Shown: piece by piece, positions 8,623-17,523 of the stretch
Layout of the letters: every line of letters begins with the position of its first letter
Numbering within the stretch: the first letter of the stretch is position 1
Assembly (NCBI GenBank): GCA_035299085.1
Contig: DATGXG010000026.1
Location: 10,568 to 74,567, forward strand
Origin: Bacteroidales bacterium
GTDB taxonomy: Bacteria > Bacteroidota > Bacteroidia > Bacteroidales > UBA10428
Reading direction: 5' to 3'
Length of the DNA stretch: 64,000 nt
Notes under the pieces: generated by a model
The model's input: the letters and a program-made list of their open reading frames with translations, nothing else
Told to the model about the DNA's origin: nothing
The model's database searches: none
Translations under genes and position numbers: made by a program

Positions 8623-9264
8623 TTATTTAAACAGGTTGTTTTTCAACCCAAATGAGATAAGTCCGGCTGTATTTTTTGATTCAGTTTTTATTTTTAAATT
8701 ATACCGGTGGTTCGTTATGGTTCTCACACTTACAAATAACTTGTCAGCAATTTCTTTATTTGAAAAACCGTTATATATAAGTTCCAGGATTTCAAGTTCC
8801 CTGCTTGTAAGGGAAATTTGGCTTTTCTGTTTTTTGTTATTCTCACCCAATTTCCTGGTGAAATAGGACATCAGTTCCTGGGAATAATAAACCTGTCCGT
8901 TTATTACTGCTTTTAAAGCCGTTGCAAGTCCTTTGTTATCGATATTTTTCAAAAGATAACCGTTAACACCTGCATCTATAAAATGCGATATCGTGTCATC
9001 CGAATCCAACATAGTAAGTATAACTGTCTTGATAGCGGGATAATCTTTTTTTATTGTCTTTAACGTTTCGTAACCATTCATACCAGGCATCATCACATCA
9101 AGAAGCACAATATCCGCTGGTTTTTTTTGTTGTTTATCAATGAATTCTTCGCCATTTGATGCCTCAAAAGCAAATTCAACAAAACTGAACCGTTTAATAG
9201 CCAATGCAACTCCGTTTCGATAAAAAATGTGATCATCCACAATAGCTACTTTAGGAAGATTCAT
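8623..9264 (-). CDS. NarL/LuxR-family response regulator (REC + LuxR HTH)
   Basis: 213 aa. Receiver (VAIVDDH..., VLLDVMMPGMNG) and C-terminal LTSRELEILELIYNGFSNKEIADKLFVSVRTITNHRYNL. Confidence 0.9.
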   Translation of the reverse strand: MNLPKVAIVDDHIFYRNGVALAIKRFSFVEFAFEASNGEEFIDKQQKKPADIVLLDVMMPGMNGYETLKTIKKDYPAIKTVILTMLDSDDTISHFIDAGVNGYLLKNIDNKGLATALKAVINGQVYYSQELMSYFTRKLGENNKKQKSQISLTSRELEILELIYNGFSNKEIADKLFVSVRTITNHRYNLKIKTESKNTAGLISFGLKNNLFK

Positions 9265-9275
9265 AGTAAGTGAGA

Positions 9276-10670
9276 TTAAAATGAGGATTTTGGAAAGTTC
9301 AGTTCAAAACGGATACCTTGTGTATCTTTCTTTATGAATTTATAGGTGCCCTGGTAAAAAATAATCCGGTTCAGAATAGATTTTAATCCGATACCTTTAT
9401 TCATTTTTAATTCGTTATTCAAATCAAAACCTTTTCCTTCGTCAAGATATACCAGTTGAATACTCTTAGCCCGGAACCATAAAATCAAAGAAATACTTCG
9501 GCTGCCTGAATGCTTCATCCCGTTATTTATTAGTTCAAGGACTATATGATAAAGCGATAGGATGAACGGGTTTTCCATCTGTTCTTCTTTACCCTTAATC
9601 TTTAGATTTATATTTACCTGGCCTGCCTTATTGATCTGATCGATCATCTTCTTCACTGAATAAGCAAGTCCCAGTTCAATCATATTATTGGGTGTGAGAT
9701 TGCTGGATATTGTCCTGATTCTATCAGATGCCTCATCAGTCATTTTTATAAGATAGTTCAACAACCTCACCTGTTTGCGGGGCTCATTTTTGAGAGATTT
9801 TAATTCGTTGATATAGAGCTTTATACCTGAGAAGAAAGGCCCGAGTTCATCATGTAAATCGGATGCGAACCTGTGTCTTTCATTCTCTTCTGTTTCAATT
9901 ATAGCCTGAATCAACCTTTTTTCGGTCTGTTTTCTTAGGGTTATGTCTCTTATTAGTGCCAGTAAAGCTTTCTTTTTTTTATACGTAATTAACCGGCTGT
10001 ATAATTTTATATATGCCAATTTATTATCCGGACTAATCAATTTGTATTCAACCGGGGGTAATGAGAAACCTTTCCTGATACTTTGCAATCTTTTCGTTAA
10101 TTTGTCCCGGTCTGATTCATCAATAAGACTGAAAAGATTTACATTTTTATCCATAAGATTGGCGAAAAAATCGATATGATGGATCTTCCGGTTGGCAGTG
10201 AGCATATTTCCCTTAAAATCAAGGATGAACATAGCTTCATCCAAAAATTCATCACTATTCAGAAAGCTAAGCACAGTCTGATCGAGGTTTTTAGCCACCT
10301 CATCAATGAATATTCCGCTCACAATACAATCTTCCCTGCTAAAATCACCCATACATCTAAGTTGTAATTCAAATCTGACCTGATGCCCCTGCTTGTCCCT
10401 GATTGTAATTTGTCTGGTTAAAGTTGGATTTTTATTGATCTGATTAAAAATCCCTGCTTCTTTCCCGGCAAAAATCCGGTATATATTTTCATTGGTTTGA
10501 TAGAATTCTTTAATGGATCGATACTTTAACAGCGATGCAAGCTTTTTGTTTATTAAATAGGATGTTCCTGATCGATTTAAAATAATAAAGCCGGGTTCAT
10601 GAATCTGACTTAGCAGAAAGACATACAGTTGCTGTTCAACTGCAGGATTTGCAGGCTGATCGGAGTTCAT
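9276..10670 (-). CDS. Cytoplasmic PAS-containing sensor histidine kinase (HisKA_3 / NarX-type)
   Basis: 464 aa with no TM segment. PAS-like N-terminal regions, H-box ERHRFASDLHDELGPFF, and HATPase (ELINNGMKHSG..., DEGKGFD, GIGLKSILNRI). Lies 11 nt upstream of the NarL-type regulator. Confidence 0.85.
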   Translation of the reverse strand: MNSDQPANPAVEQQLYVFLLSQIHEPGFIILNRSGTSYLINKKLASLLKYRSIKEFYQTNENIYRIFAGKEAGIFNQINKNPTLTRQITIRDKQGHQVRFELQLRCMGDFSREDCIVSGIFIDEVAKNLDQTVLSFLNSDEFLDEAMFILDFKGNMLTANRKIHHIDFFANLMDKNVNLFSLIDESDRDKLTKRLQSIRKGFSLPPVEYKLISPDNKLAYIKLYSRLITYKKKKALLALIRDITLRKQTEKRLIQAIIETEENERHRFASDLHDELGPFFSGIKLYINELKSLKNEPRKQVRLLNYLIKMTDEASDRIRTISSNLTPNNMIELGLAYSVKKMIDQINKAGQVNINLKIKGKEEQMENPFILSLYHIVLELINNGMKHSGSRSISLILWFRAKSIQLVYLDEGKGFDLNNELKMNKGIGLKSILNRIIFYQGTYKFIKKDTQGIRFELNFPKSSF

Positions 10671-10802
10671 ATTTTTCTGGTTTAGGCGGGCTGGTCACGA
10701 CAGTTAGTGACAGAATTAAAGGTAATAAAAAATCAGGGTGTTGTATTATTATTGCTATATAATTTATCAGGAGTTTTCTAGCTTTATTCAAAAATTAAGA
10801 CA

Positions 10803-11951
10803 ATGATAAAATCAGATTTGCCTAACGGTTCACATAATACACTGTGTGTGCATGCCGGTCAGCATACAGGGGAATTCGGCGGAATCAACACACCTGTTTA
10901 CACATCCACATCCTATGGGTATCTGGATACGGAAGACCGACTGTATCCACGTTACTTCAACATTCCTAACCAGAAAGCGGTGATAGATAAAGTGGCGGCC
11001 CTTGAAAAAGCTGAAACCGGGATTCTTTTCAGTTCCGGTATGGCAGCCGTAAGCTCAACGCTGCTTTCCCTTCTCAGTAAGGGTGATCATTGCCTGTTTC
11101 AAAGCGGGCTTTATGGAGGGACAATTCACTTTATCCAGCACGAATTTGAGCGGTTCGGCATCGATCATACCATACTTAAATCGAATGAACCTGAATCTTT
11201 TGCTCGTGCAATTAAAAAAAACACAAAAGTCATTTATGTCGAATCACCATCGAATCCGCTGCTGTCCATTATCGATCTTCGTGCCATAGCACAGTTATGT
11301 AAAAAGTATGGAATCGTATCGGTAATCGACAATACGTTTGCTTCACCCATTAACCAGAACCCGATAACCTTTGGTATTGATATAGTTCTGCACAGTGCCA
11401 CGAAATACCTGGGCGGTCACAGCGATATATGTGCCGGGGTTGTGGTTTCATCTGCGCCTTACATTCAAAGGATCACACAAACATCCATGAGCCTGGGAGG
11501 CAGCCTGAATGCGCTGATGTGCTACCTGCTGGAACGAAGCATAAAAACAATGGGCATCCGTGTTGAAAGGCAGAACAGAAATGCAGGTGAAATAGCGCTG
11601 TTCCTGCAGCAGCATCATTCGATTGAGAGAGTTTTTTACCCGGGGTTGGAAGCGCATCCGAATCATGCCATTGCTGCCAGCCAGATGTCGGGTTTCGGAG
11701 GCATGCTATCATTTGAATTAAAGGGCCAGGATACTACTGCCTTCCAGAAAAGGCTTAAACTTATTAAACCGGCTATGAGTCTCGGTGGTGTAGAAACCAT
11801 TATCTGTGCACCGGTTACCACCTCGCACCGCCTTGTTCCGAAGGCACAGCGTGAAGAGGAAGGTATAAGAGACAATTTGCTGAGGTTGTCTGTAGGAATT
11901 GAAGAGGTCAAAGATCTGGTTGATGATTTAAAAAACGCTTTGACTTTATGA
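10803..11951 (+). CDS. PLP-dependent Cys/Met-metabolism enzyme (cystathionine gamma-synthase / beta-lyase / gamma-lyase family)
   Basis: 382 aa. Contains the family PLP-lysine motif HSATKYLGGHSD, plus SGMAA and RLSVGIE near the C-terminus. Confidence 0.85.
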   Translation: MIKSDLPNGSHNTLCVHAGQHTGEFGGINTPVYTSTSYGYLDTEDRLYPRYFNIPNQKAVIDKVAALEKAETGILFSSGMAAVSSTLLSLLSKGDHCLFQSGLYGGTIHFIQHEFERFGIDHTILKSNEPESFARAIKKNTKVIYVESPSNPLLSIIDLRAIAQLCKKYGIVSVIDNTFASPINQNPITFGIDIVLHSATKYLGGHSDICAGVVVSSAPYIQRITQTSMSLGGSLNALMCYLLERSIKTMGIRVERQNRNAGEIALFLQQHHSIERVFYPGLEAHPNHAIAASQMSGFGGMLSFELKGQDTTAFQKRLKLIKPAMSLGGVETIICAPVTTSHRLVPKAQREEEGIRDNLLRLSVGIEEVKDLVDDLKNALTL

Positions 11952-11999
11952 AAAGAAAGTTAACCATTTTTTGTTAATTTCAGACCTGACACTTATTTT

Positions 12000-14900
12000 A
12001 TGCGTTTCTTTCACACTCTCGTTATCGCATTGTTATTTTTCAGCACTGTTTGCAGCCAGGCTCAACCTTCACTGAAAATTGATACAATTTATTTCCCGCA
12101 AAAAGAAGTAAGGAAAGTGCGGATTTCCTATAATGGTGAAATCTGGTTCTTTACAGGTTCTCCAACCGGAGAATTATACCGGATCACTCGTACAGGTAAA
12201 ATCGAAAATAAAACCGGCGAATTCGCCTCACTGTTATCCAATGGTTTAACAGACTTTGTAGTACCTGATACAAATCAACTGATTGCCGGTACAAATGACA
12301 ATTTTGTGTTTCATTACAGTAACGGTACTTTTAAAAATACAGTTACAGATCTGGGACTTGCTCCTACAGAAAATCATATTAATTCACTGTACCTGACAAG
12401 GCAAATATTGAGACAAAACGCAATAACCTTTGCTGATCAGATTCGTTTCGGAGTAGCCACAAACGGAAACGCATACCAGGGCACCTCTTTTGGGGATAAA
12501 CTTTATAAAATTGAATGCTATAACCAGTTAAACAGAAGCTTCCTCAGCAAAAACGATCCTTTTTTACTGGATATTCCCGTTCCTCATTTGTGTTCTGGTT
12601 TATGGATGTCCTGGCCTGTGTTTGATAATGCTCAATATGGCCGTCCCTTATGCGGCAACATCGATTATTATCAAAGCGGTTCTATATTATATTCATGGAT
12701 CGGTTTTGAGAAAGGTTATGTTACAAAAACAAATTATGATTATACTTACCCAAGATACCTGGAGTCTCAGGCAATCAGGGCTATGGCTGATTATGATGAC
12801 AGGTATGTGCTGATTGCTGCGGATAGCGGAATATATTATTCAAATACGTGGCAGGATCCGCACAAGATCGATTTGCCGCTGGGTAATATCCGGGTTTCTG
12901 ATATAGAAGTGTGGCAGGGCAATGTATATGCAGCCACAGAAAAAGGCTTAATCAGGCTTATCAGCACGAATTGCAACGATTTCAAAATTTCAATCGACCA
13001 GAATGTGCAATATGGTGATACCTTTAATCAAACTAAATTTTTATTTGAACCGGTCTTATACGGAGCTACAAAACGCTGCAAATGGGATTTTGGTGATGGT
13101 ACAGTTTCTGATCAATTATTTCCTGTACATACCTTTAATTCCCCGGGAAATTACAGGGTCACCCTCGAAGCATCAAATGGTGAGTGCAGGGATACTGTTT
13201 CAGCGCTGGCTGTAGTGTTCACTGATCATAACCATGTGGATCTGAAAAAATTAATTAATCTCGAGGTCGATGATTATACCTACCCGATGCCTGTAATTAA
13301 TATTGCTGATCTCGACGGAGACCAGGATCCGGATTTGTTTAGTTCCCCAACATCACTTTATAATTCAGACGGTAAAACTACTCCTCACTTTACTCCTATT
13401 GACCTGGTGCCCGATTCGATTATCGGTGACGAACCGTTCAACAGCTGGGTATATCAATCTCTCGTCGGTGATATGAATAATGACGGATTGAATGATATTG
13501 TTGCCAACACAAGGATTTTTATCAATAAAGGAAATTTCAGATTTGACGTTATTTCAATCGATCCTGAAGAATTTTTGCAAACTTATGTTGAAAATCTGCT
13601 TGACTATAATTACGACGGGCTTACTGATATTATCATAGGTACTGATTACAATTTGTTTGTGTACATCAACAAAGGGTCATTCAGGTTTGAAAAGAAAGTT
13701 CTCGCTAAGTATATTTATGAAACTGTTAATGGCATTCGTTGGATAGATATAGATAATGATAATGACAATGATATTGTAGTATCAGGAGTGTCTTCAGAAA
13801 GAGTCTTTCTAAATCAGAACGGGGAATACACTTCGGCAAATAATACTTTTTTCGACGGATTTCCTATAGACAGGTTTTATGCGGCAGATATGGACAATGA
13901 TCGAAAAATGGATTTTTATTTTTCATCAGGTTCAGAAAATTTCTTATATAAGGGTACAAACGGAAAACCTGTTCAGTACAATGATACCTGGCTCACAAAC
14001 GAAAGAAATCCTTTTTTCTTTAACAACCAATGCAGTGCATATAACGTGGCCTTCAGCGACCTGGATAACAATGGTTATACAGATTGTATCAAAAACACAC
14101 TGGACAATAAAACCAACCGTGTTTTCCTGAACCAGGGTAATATGATATTTGTGAATGACACAACAGGTTGTTTCGAAATCGACTCGATAATAAGAGAAAA
14201 CTCAATAACGGCGGCTGATATTTCAAATGATGGCAGAACAGATGTGCTCTTATGGGATGCCAATGATTACGACTCGGATGATTTTATCTTTTTAAACAAT
14301 ACTGTTAATTCAAACAACTGGATAAAATTTCACTGTTTTGGTAGTCGGTCCAATATTAATGCGATAGGTTCAAAGGTGTTTATCAAAGCAAGAATCAGCA
14401 ATAAGGATACATGGCAATACCGGGTCATTGAAGCTTCGGTGGATAAATATATACAGAACGGATATGAGGTACACTTCGGACTCGGAGATGCTGAAAAAGC
14501 AGATACAGTTGAAATTCTCTGGACTTCCGGACATCACAGCATATATACAGGCCTGGAAGCCAATAAAACATATAACCTGATCGAACCACTTATTCAGGTT
14601 GCTGATACCCTTGTTTGCGAAAACGTGAGGCCATTCATTCATTTACCGTTTTGTCAGTCAGTAGTATATGAATGGCAAAAAAATGGCCTTCCAGCTGAAT
14701 CCGTGAATAACCGGTTAAAGATAAGCAGCCCGGGAGTATACAGGTGTGTTATTCATTATGATGATTTTAATGATACTACTTCCTCGGTCACTATTCACCA
14801 TTTGCCGGTTTCGAGGTCGGAAATCCGGTTTGCAGGTGATAGTATATTTTGCCCCGGTGACAGTGCCCTTATCAGTTCAATTACTTACCCTGGCGCGGAA

Positions 14901-15758
14901 TACAAGTGGTCAGTTAACGGCAGAATATTAGCTGCTGATAACGACGACCGCTTTTATTGCCGGGATAGCATGTCTGTTCAACAATTTCTTACAAATGCCG
15001 CAGGATGTGTGGATACTTCAAATGTGCTTTTGCCCGGATTGTTCCCTTCTCCAGTAGTTCAATATGAAAATGTGGAATTTTGCAGGGGTGATTCAGCCAA
15101 AGTAGCATTGGACACGTTCTTCACTGAATACAATTGGTCAAACGGAGATACAACTTCTTTTACATGGGTTTATGAAAATGAACCGCTTTCAGTAAGAGTT
15201 ATGAACGAATTTGGCTGTATTTCAAATGATACAATCAATTATGCTGTTTATCCGCGACCTTATTTTGAGCTGGGTGAAAATGTATCCATTGGCTATACAG
15301 ATACCTATTCACTCATTCAATGCTATTCGGACCCCTATACTTATTTATGGAACGATACAATCGGCTTTTGTTCGAAATCATTTAGCGGAGATAAACTTAA
15401 TATTGGCGACCATAAGGTGAAGCTCACCATTATTAACCAGTATGGTTGTTTTTATTCAGACAGCATTCAAATAGAGGTTTTATTAAGCGTTAAAGATGCT
15501 GCCCTGAATGATAAAATCCTGTTTGTATTTCCGAATCCTGCTGATACCTACACGTCTCTTTATATTAACGGTTTTCTTAACAGTCCCAATACCGTGGTGG
15601 ATGTATTTAATTCGGGCGGCATCCTGGTTGACCATTTTCAATTGAATGTCCCGTCGCCTACCGTTTTTAATTATGATGTTACAAAACTAAGGGGCTTGAA
15701 TATTTTAAGGTTGACTGCTAATGGAAAATCCGTATCGGTAAGATTGATTAAAAACTGA
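12000..15758 (+). CDS. Large secreted FG-GAP/VCBS-repeat protein with a PKD domain and a T9SS C-terminal sorting domain
   Basis: 1252 aa. Signal peptide (LFFSTVCSQAQ), PKD motif (WDFGDGTVSDQLFPVHTFNSPGNYRVTLEASNG), repeated DxDxDGxxD FG-GAP-like motifs (DLDGDQDPD, DMNNDGLNDIV, DYNYDGLTDII, DIDNDNDNDIV, DLDNNGYTD, DISNDGRTDV). An ASPIC/UnbV-like segment (GSKVFIKA...GYEVHFGLGDA...VEILWTSG), Cys-paired Ig-like modules, and a C-terminal VFPNPADTYTSLYING...LRLTANGKSVSVRLIKN. Confidence 0.8.
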   Translation: MRFFHTLVIALLFFSTVCSQAQPSLKIDTIYFPQKEVRKVRISYNGEIWFFTGSPTGELYRITRTGKIENKTGEFASLLSNGLTDFVVPDTNQLIAGTNDNFVFHYSNGTFKNTVTDLGLAPTENHINSLYLTRQILRQNAITFADQIRFGVATNGNAYQGTSFGDKLYKIECYNQLNRSFLSKNDPFLLDIPVPHLCSGLWMSWPVFDNAQYGRPLCGNIDYYQSGSILYSWIGFEKGYVTKTNYDYTYPRYLESQAIRAMADYDDRYVLIAADSGIYYSNTWQDPHKIDLPLGNIRVSDIEVWQGNVYAATEKGLIRLISTNCNDFKISIDQNVQYGDTFNQTKFLFEPVLYGATKRCKWDFGDGTVSDQLFPVHTFNSPGNYRVTLEASNGECRDTVSALAVVFTDHNHVDLKKLINLEVDDYTYPMPVINIADLDGDQDPDLFSSPTSLYNSDGKTTPHFTPIDLVPDSIIGDEPFNSWVYQSLVGDMNNDGLNDIVANTRIFINKGNFRFDVISIDPEEFLQTYVENLLDYNYDGLTDIIIGTDYNLFVYINKGSFRFEKKVLAKYIYETVNGIRWIDIDNDNDNDIVVSGVSSERVFLNQNGEYTSANNTFFDGFPIDRFYAADMDNDRKMDFYFSSGSENFLYKGTNGKPVQYNDTWLTNERNPFFFNNQCSAYNVAFSDLDNNGYTDCIKNTLDNKTNRVFLNQGNMIFVNDTTGCFEIDSIIRENSITAADISNDGRTDVLLWDANDYDSDDFIFLNNTVNSNNWIKFHCFGSRSNINAIGSKVFIKARISNKDTWQYRVIEASVDKYIQNGYEVHFGLGDAEKADTVEILWTSGHHSIYTGLEANKTYNLIEPLIQVADTLVCENVRPFIHLPFCQSVVYEWQKNGLPAESVNNRLKISSPGVYRCVIHYDDFNDTTSSVTIHHLPVSRSEIRFAGDSIFCPGDSALISSITYPGAEYKWSVNGRILAADNDDRFYCRDSMSVQQFLTNAAGCVDTSNVLLPGLFPSPVVQYENVEFCRGDSAKVALDTFFTEYNWSNGDTTSFTWVYENEPLSVRVMNEFGCISNDTINYAVYPRPYFELGENVSIGYTDTYSLIQCYSDPYTYLWNDTIGFCSKSFSGDKLNIGDHKVKLTIINQYGCFYSDSIQIEVLLSVKDAALNDKILFVFPNPADTYTSLYINGFLNSPNTVVDVFNSGGILVDHFQLNVPSPTVFNYDVTKLRGLNILRLTANGKSVSVRLIKN

Positions 15759-15770
15759 AAATTTCAGTAA

Positions 15771-16397
15771 TTAACTGGCCACAAAAGGGCATTTTTTATA
15801 ATACGTTTCATCCTTAAGCTGGGTCACTAAAAATTCGGCCAGGTCAGCGGCACTCACTTTATTACCCGGGGCATCCGCCAGTTCAACAAATAATTTGCGG
15901 CGCGACAATGTCATTTCAATAGTCGGGCACCGTACAATGGTCCAATCAAGGTTGCTGGCCTTAAGCATTTCATACACGTTCTGCCGGGCTTTTGCCTTTA
16001 CGGGTACCATTTTTCGGATCAGCCATCCTGCAAGCCGCGTTTTTAATCCTCTTTTATCTTCTGCTGCCTGCAATCCCCAGCCTGCTATTTCAATATATCT
16101 TTTAATCTTCAGATTCTTCATTACCTTAATCAAATGGGAAACAGCCACGGAATTAATGGGAGGTTCACCCTTTGCAGGCCCCAGTGTGCTTATCACGGCA
16201 TGGCAACCTGTAACCAGTCGCTGAATAGTTGCATAGTTTCTTGCGTTGCCTGTCACCACTTCAACAAGAGGATCGATATTTACTGCTTTTTGAGGGTTCC
16301 TGACAAGCATTCTAACCGGGTATCCCTGTTTGACGAGTTCATCAACCACAAACTTTCCGGTTTTCCCGGTGCCGCCGAGAATCGCTACTTTATACAT
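15771..16397 (-). CDS. NAD(P)H-binding NmrA/atypical-SDR family protein
   Basis: Rossmann motif VAILGGTGKTGKFVV at the N-terminus. I prefer the start MYKVAILGG (16397) to the ORF-track start at 16412. Confidence 0.75.
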   Translation of the reverse strand: MYKVAILGGTGKTGKFVVDELVKQGYPVRMLVRNPQKAVNIDPLVEVVTGNARNYATIQRLVTGCHAVISTLGPAKGEPPINSVAVSHLIKVMKNLKIKRYIEIAGWGLQAAEDKRGLKTRLAGWLIRKMVPVKAKARQNVYEMLKASNLDWTIVRCPTIEMTLSRRKLFVELADAPGNKVSAADLAEFLVTQLKDETYYKKCPFVAS

Positions 16398-16432
16398 TTT
16401 AATTACCTGCACGTATCTGATCTTTAAGAAGA

Positions 16433-17326
16433 TTATAAAACAACAGTGATACCGGCTTCTTCAAGTTCTTCAACCTGTGATTGATTCACTTTGGTCCCGG
16501 TGAGGTTAACAAATTCAAGCTTTGGCAGTTCAAGGAGGTAGGAGATATCGCGGATGGAGTTGTTGGACAGGTTAAGCGATTTTAGATTCCTTAGATTTGA
16601 AAGCGTTTCAATATCTTCTATTTCATTGTCGGATAAATTCAGTTCTTCAAGCTGTGTAAGTTTCCAGAGGGGCGTTATATCTGATATCGAATTTTCTGAA
16701 AGGTCTATCACGATGGCATGAAGGCAGTACTGAATGCCATCGAGATCATTGATTCCTGATTGAGACAATTCAAATTCATCGAGATCTTCAAGATAATATG
16801 TTGGAAAGCCGACATTCAGATCGCCGAAAATTCTCATCTGGACACCTTCATAAAATGAATAGTATCTTTTCTTTGATCCGGAACGGTTAGTTTTTTCTCC
16901 GACGACTTTTCCGCTTGTATTTATGATGGTGAAATTTTCAAGGTTTATATCCCACTCATATACCGGTGAATAATCTATATCCTCATAATTTGCAAGCGTT
17001 GCGGCTATCTCATCAATTTTGCCCAGTCGCAGGATATGCGAATATCTCAGTAATCCGTCATGGTCTCCCGCTGCTGCCAGCCTGTCAATTTCCATACGAT
17101 GAAAGTCGCCCCTGTCAGGATGATACAGCATCATCATCCGGGCAAAATTTTTAGCGTCGTTTCCCGGTTCAAAAGCATCCGATTCACTTATGATTTCAGC
17201 AATCTGTTTAAGGGTGCCATATTGCTGTTCCCTGTATAAGCCAATCAGGGTAACGCTGATTTTATTCAAATTCGAATTCGAATAAGCTTCTTTTATGTTT
17301 TGATACAATTCAGATGTTGTCATCAT
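16433..17326 (-). CDS. Leucine-rich-repeat protein with an N-terminal HPD (J-domain-like) segment
   Basis: 297 aa. The C-terminal third holds about 4 short LRRs (IDLSENSISDITPLWKLTQLEELNLSDNEIEDIETLSNLRNLKSLNLSNNSIRDISYLLELPKLEFVNLTGTKV). The N-terminal region has NFARMMMLYHPDRGD, which resembles the helix II-HPD loop of J domains. No signal peptide. Confidence 0.6.
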   Translation of the reverse strand: MMTTSELYQNIKEAYSNSNLNKISVTLIGLYREQQYGTLKQIAEIISESDAFEPGNDAKNFARMMMLYHPDRGDFHRMEIDRLAAAGDHDGLLRYSHILRLGKIDEIAATLANYEDIDYSPVYEWDINLENFTIINTSGKVVGEKTNRSGSKKRYYSFYEGVQMRIFGDLNVGFPTYYLEDLDEFELSQSGINDLDGIQYCLHAIVIDLSENSISDITPLWKLTQLEELNLSDNEIEDIETLSNLRNLKSLNLSNNSIRDISYLLELPKLEFVNLTGTKVNQSQVEELEEAGITVVL

Positions 17327-17391
17327 TCAGAGAAATCCTTCTTTTTTTAACGACCATGAACTGCGGAAATTGCAATGGGTCATGATTTCTG

Positions 17392-17399
17392 CAAAATTA
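17392..17399 (-). promoter_or_regulatory. Candidate Bacteroidota -7 box (TAATTTTG on the minus strand) upstream of the LRR gene
   Basis: Exact match to TAnnTTTG, 66 nt upstream of the ATG at 17326. Confidence 0.25.
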
Positions 17400-17523
17400 T
17401 TACATTCACGTAAAATTTATCCAAAATAGTTCCTGAAAATCCGCATTTTATAAATTTATAGGGTAAAGTAATATTTTCCGGTCATCAATAAATAGAACAT
17501 TTCACCTAAAACTTCTCCTTTCC

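Noticed and set aside
10671-10802. Possible SAM or other riboswitch upstream of the Cys/Met PLP enzyme (and likewise upstream of glyA and trpB2)
   Set aside because: I could not find the conserved cores of the SAM-I, SAM-II, glycine, THF or T-box leaders by eye. The regions are short and AT-rich. A covariance-model scan would be needed to be sure.
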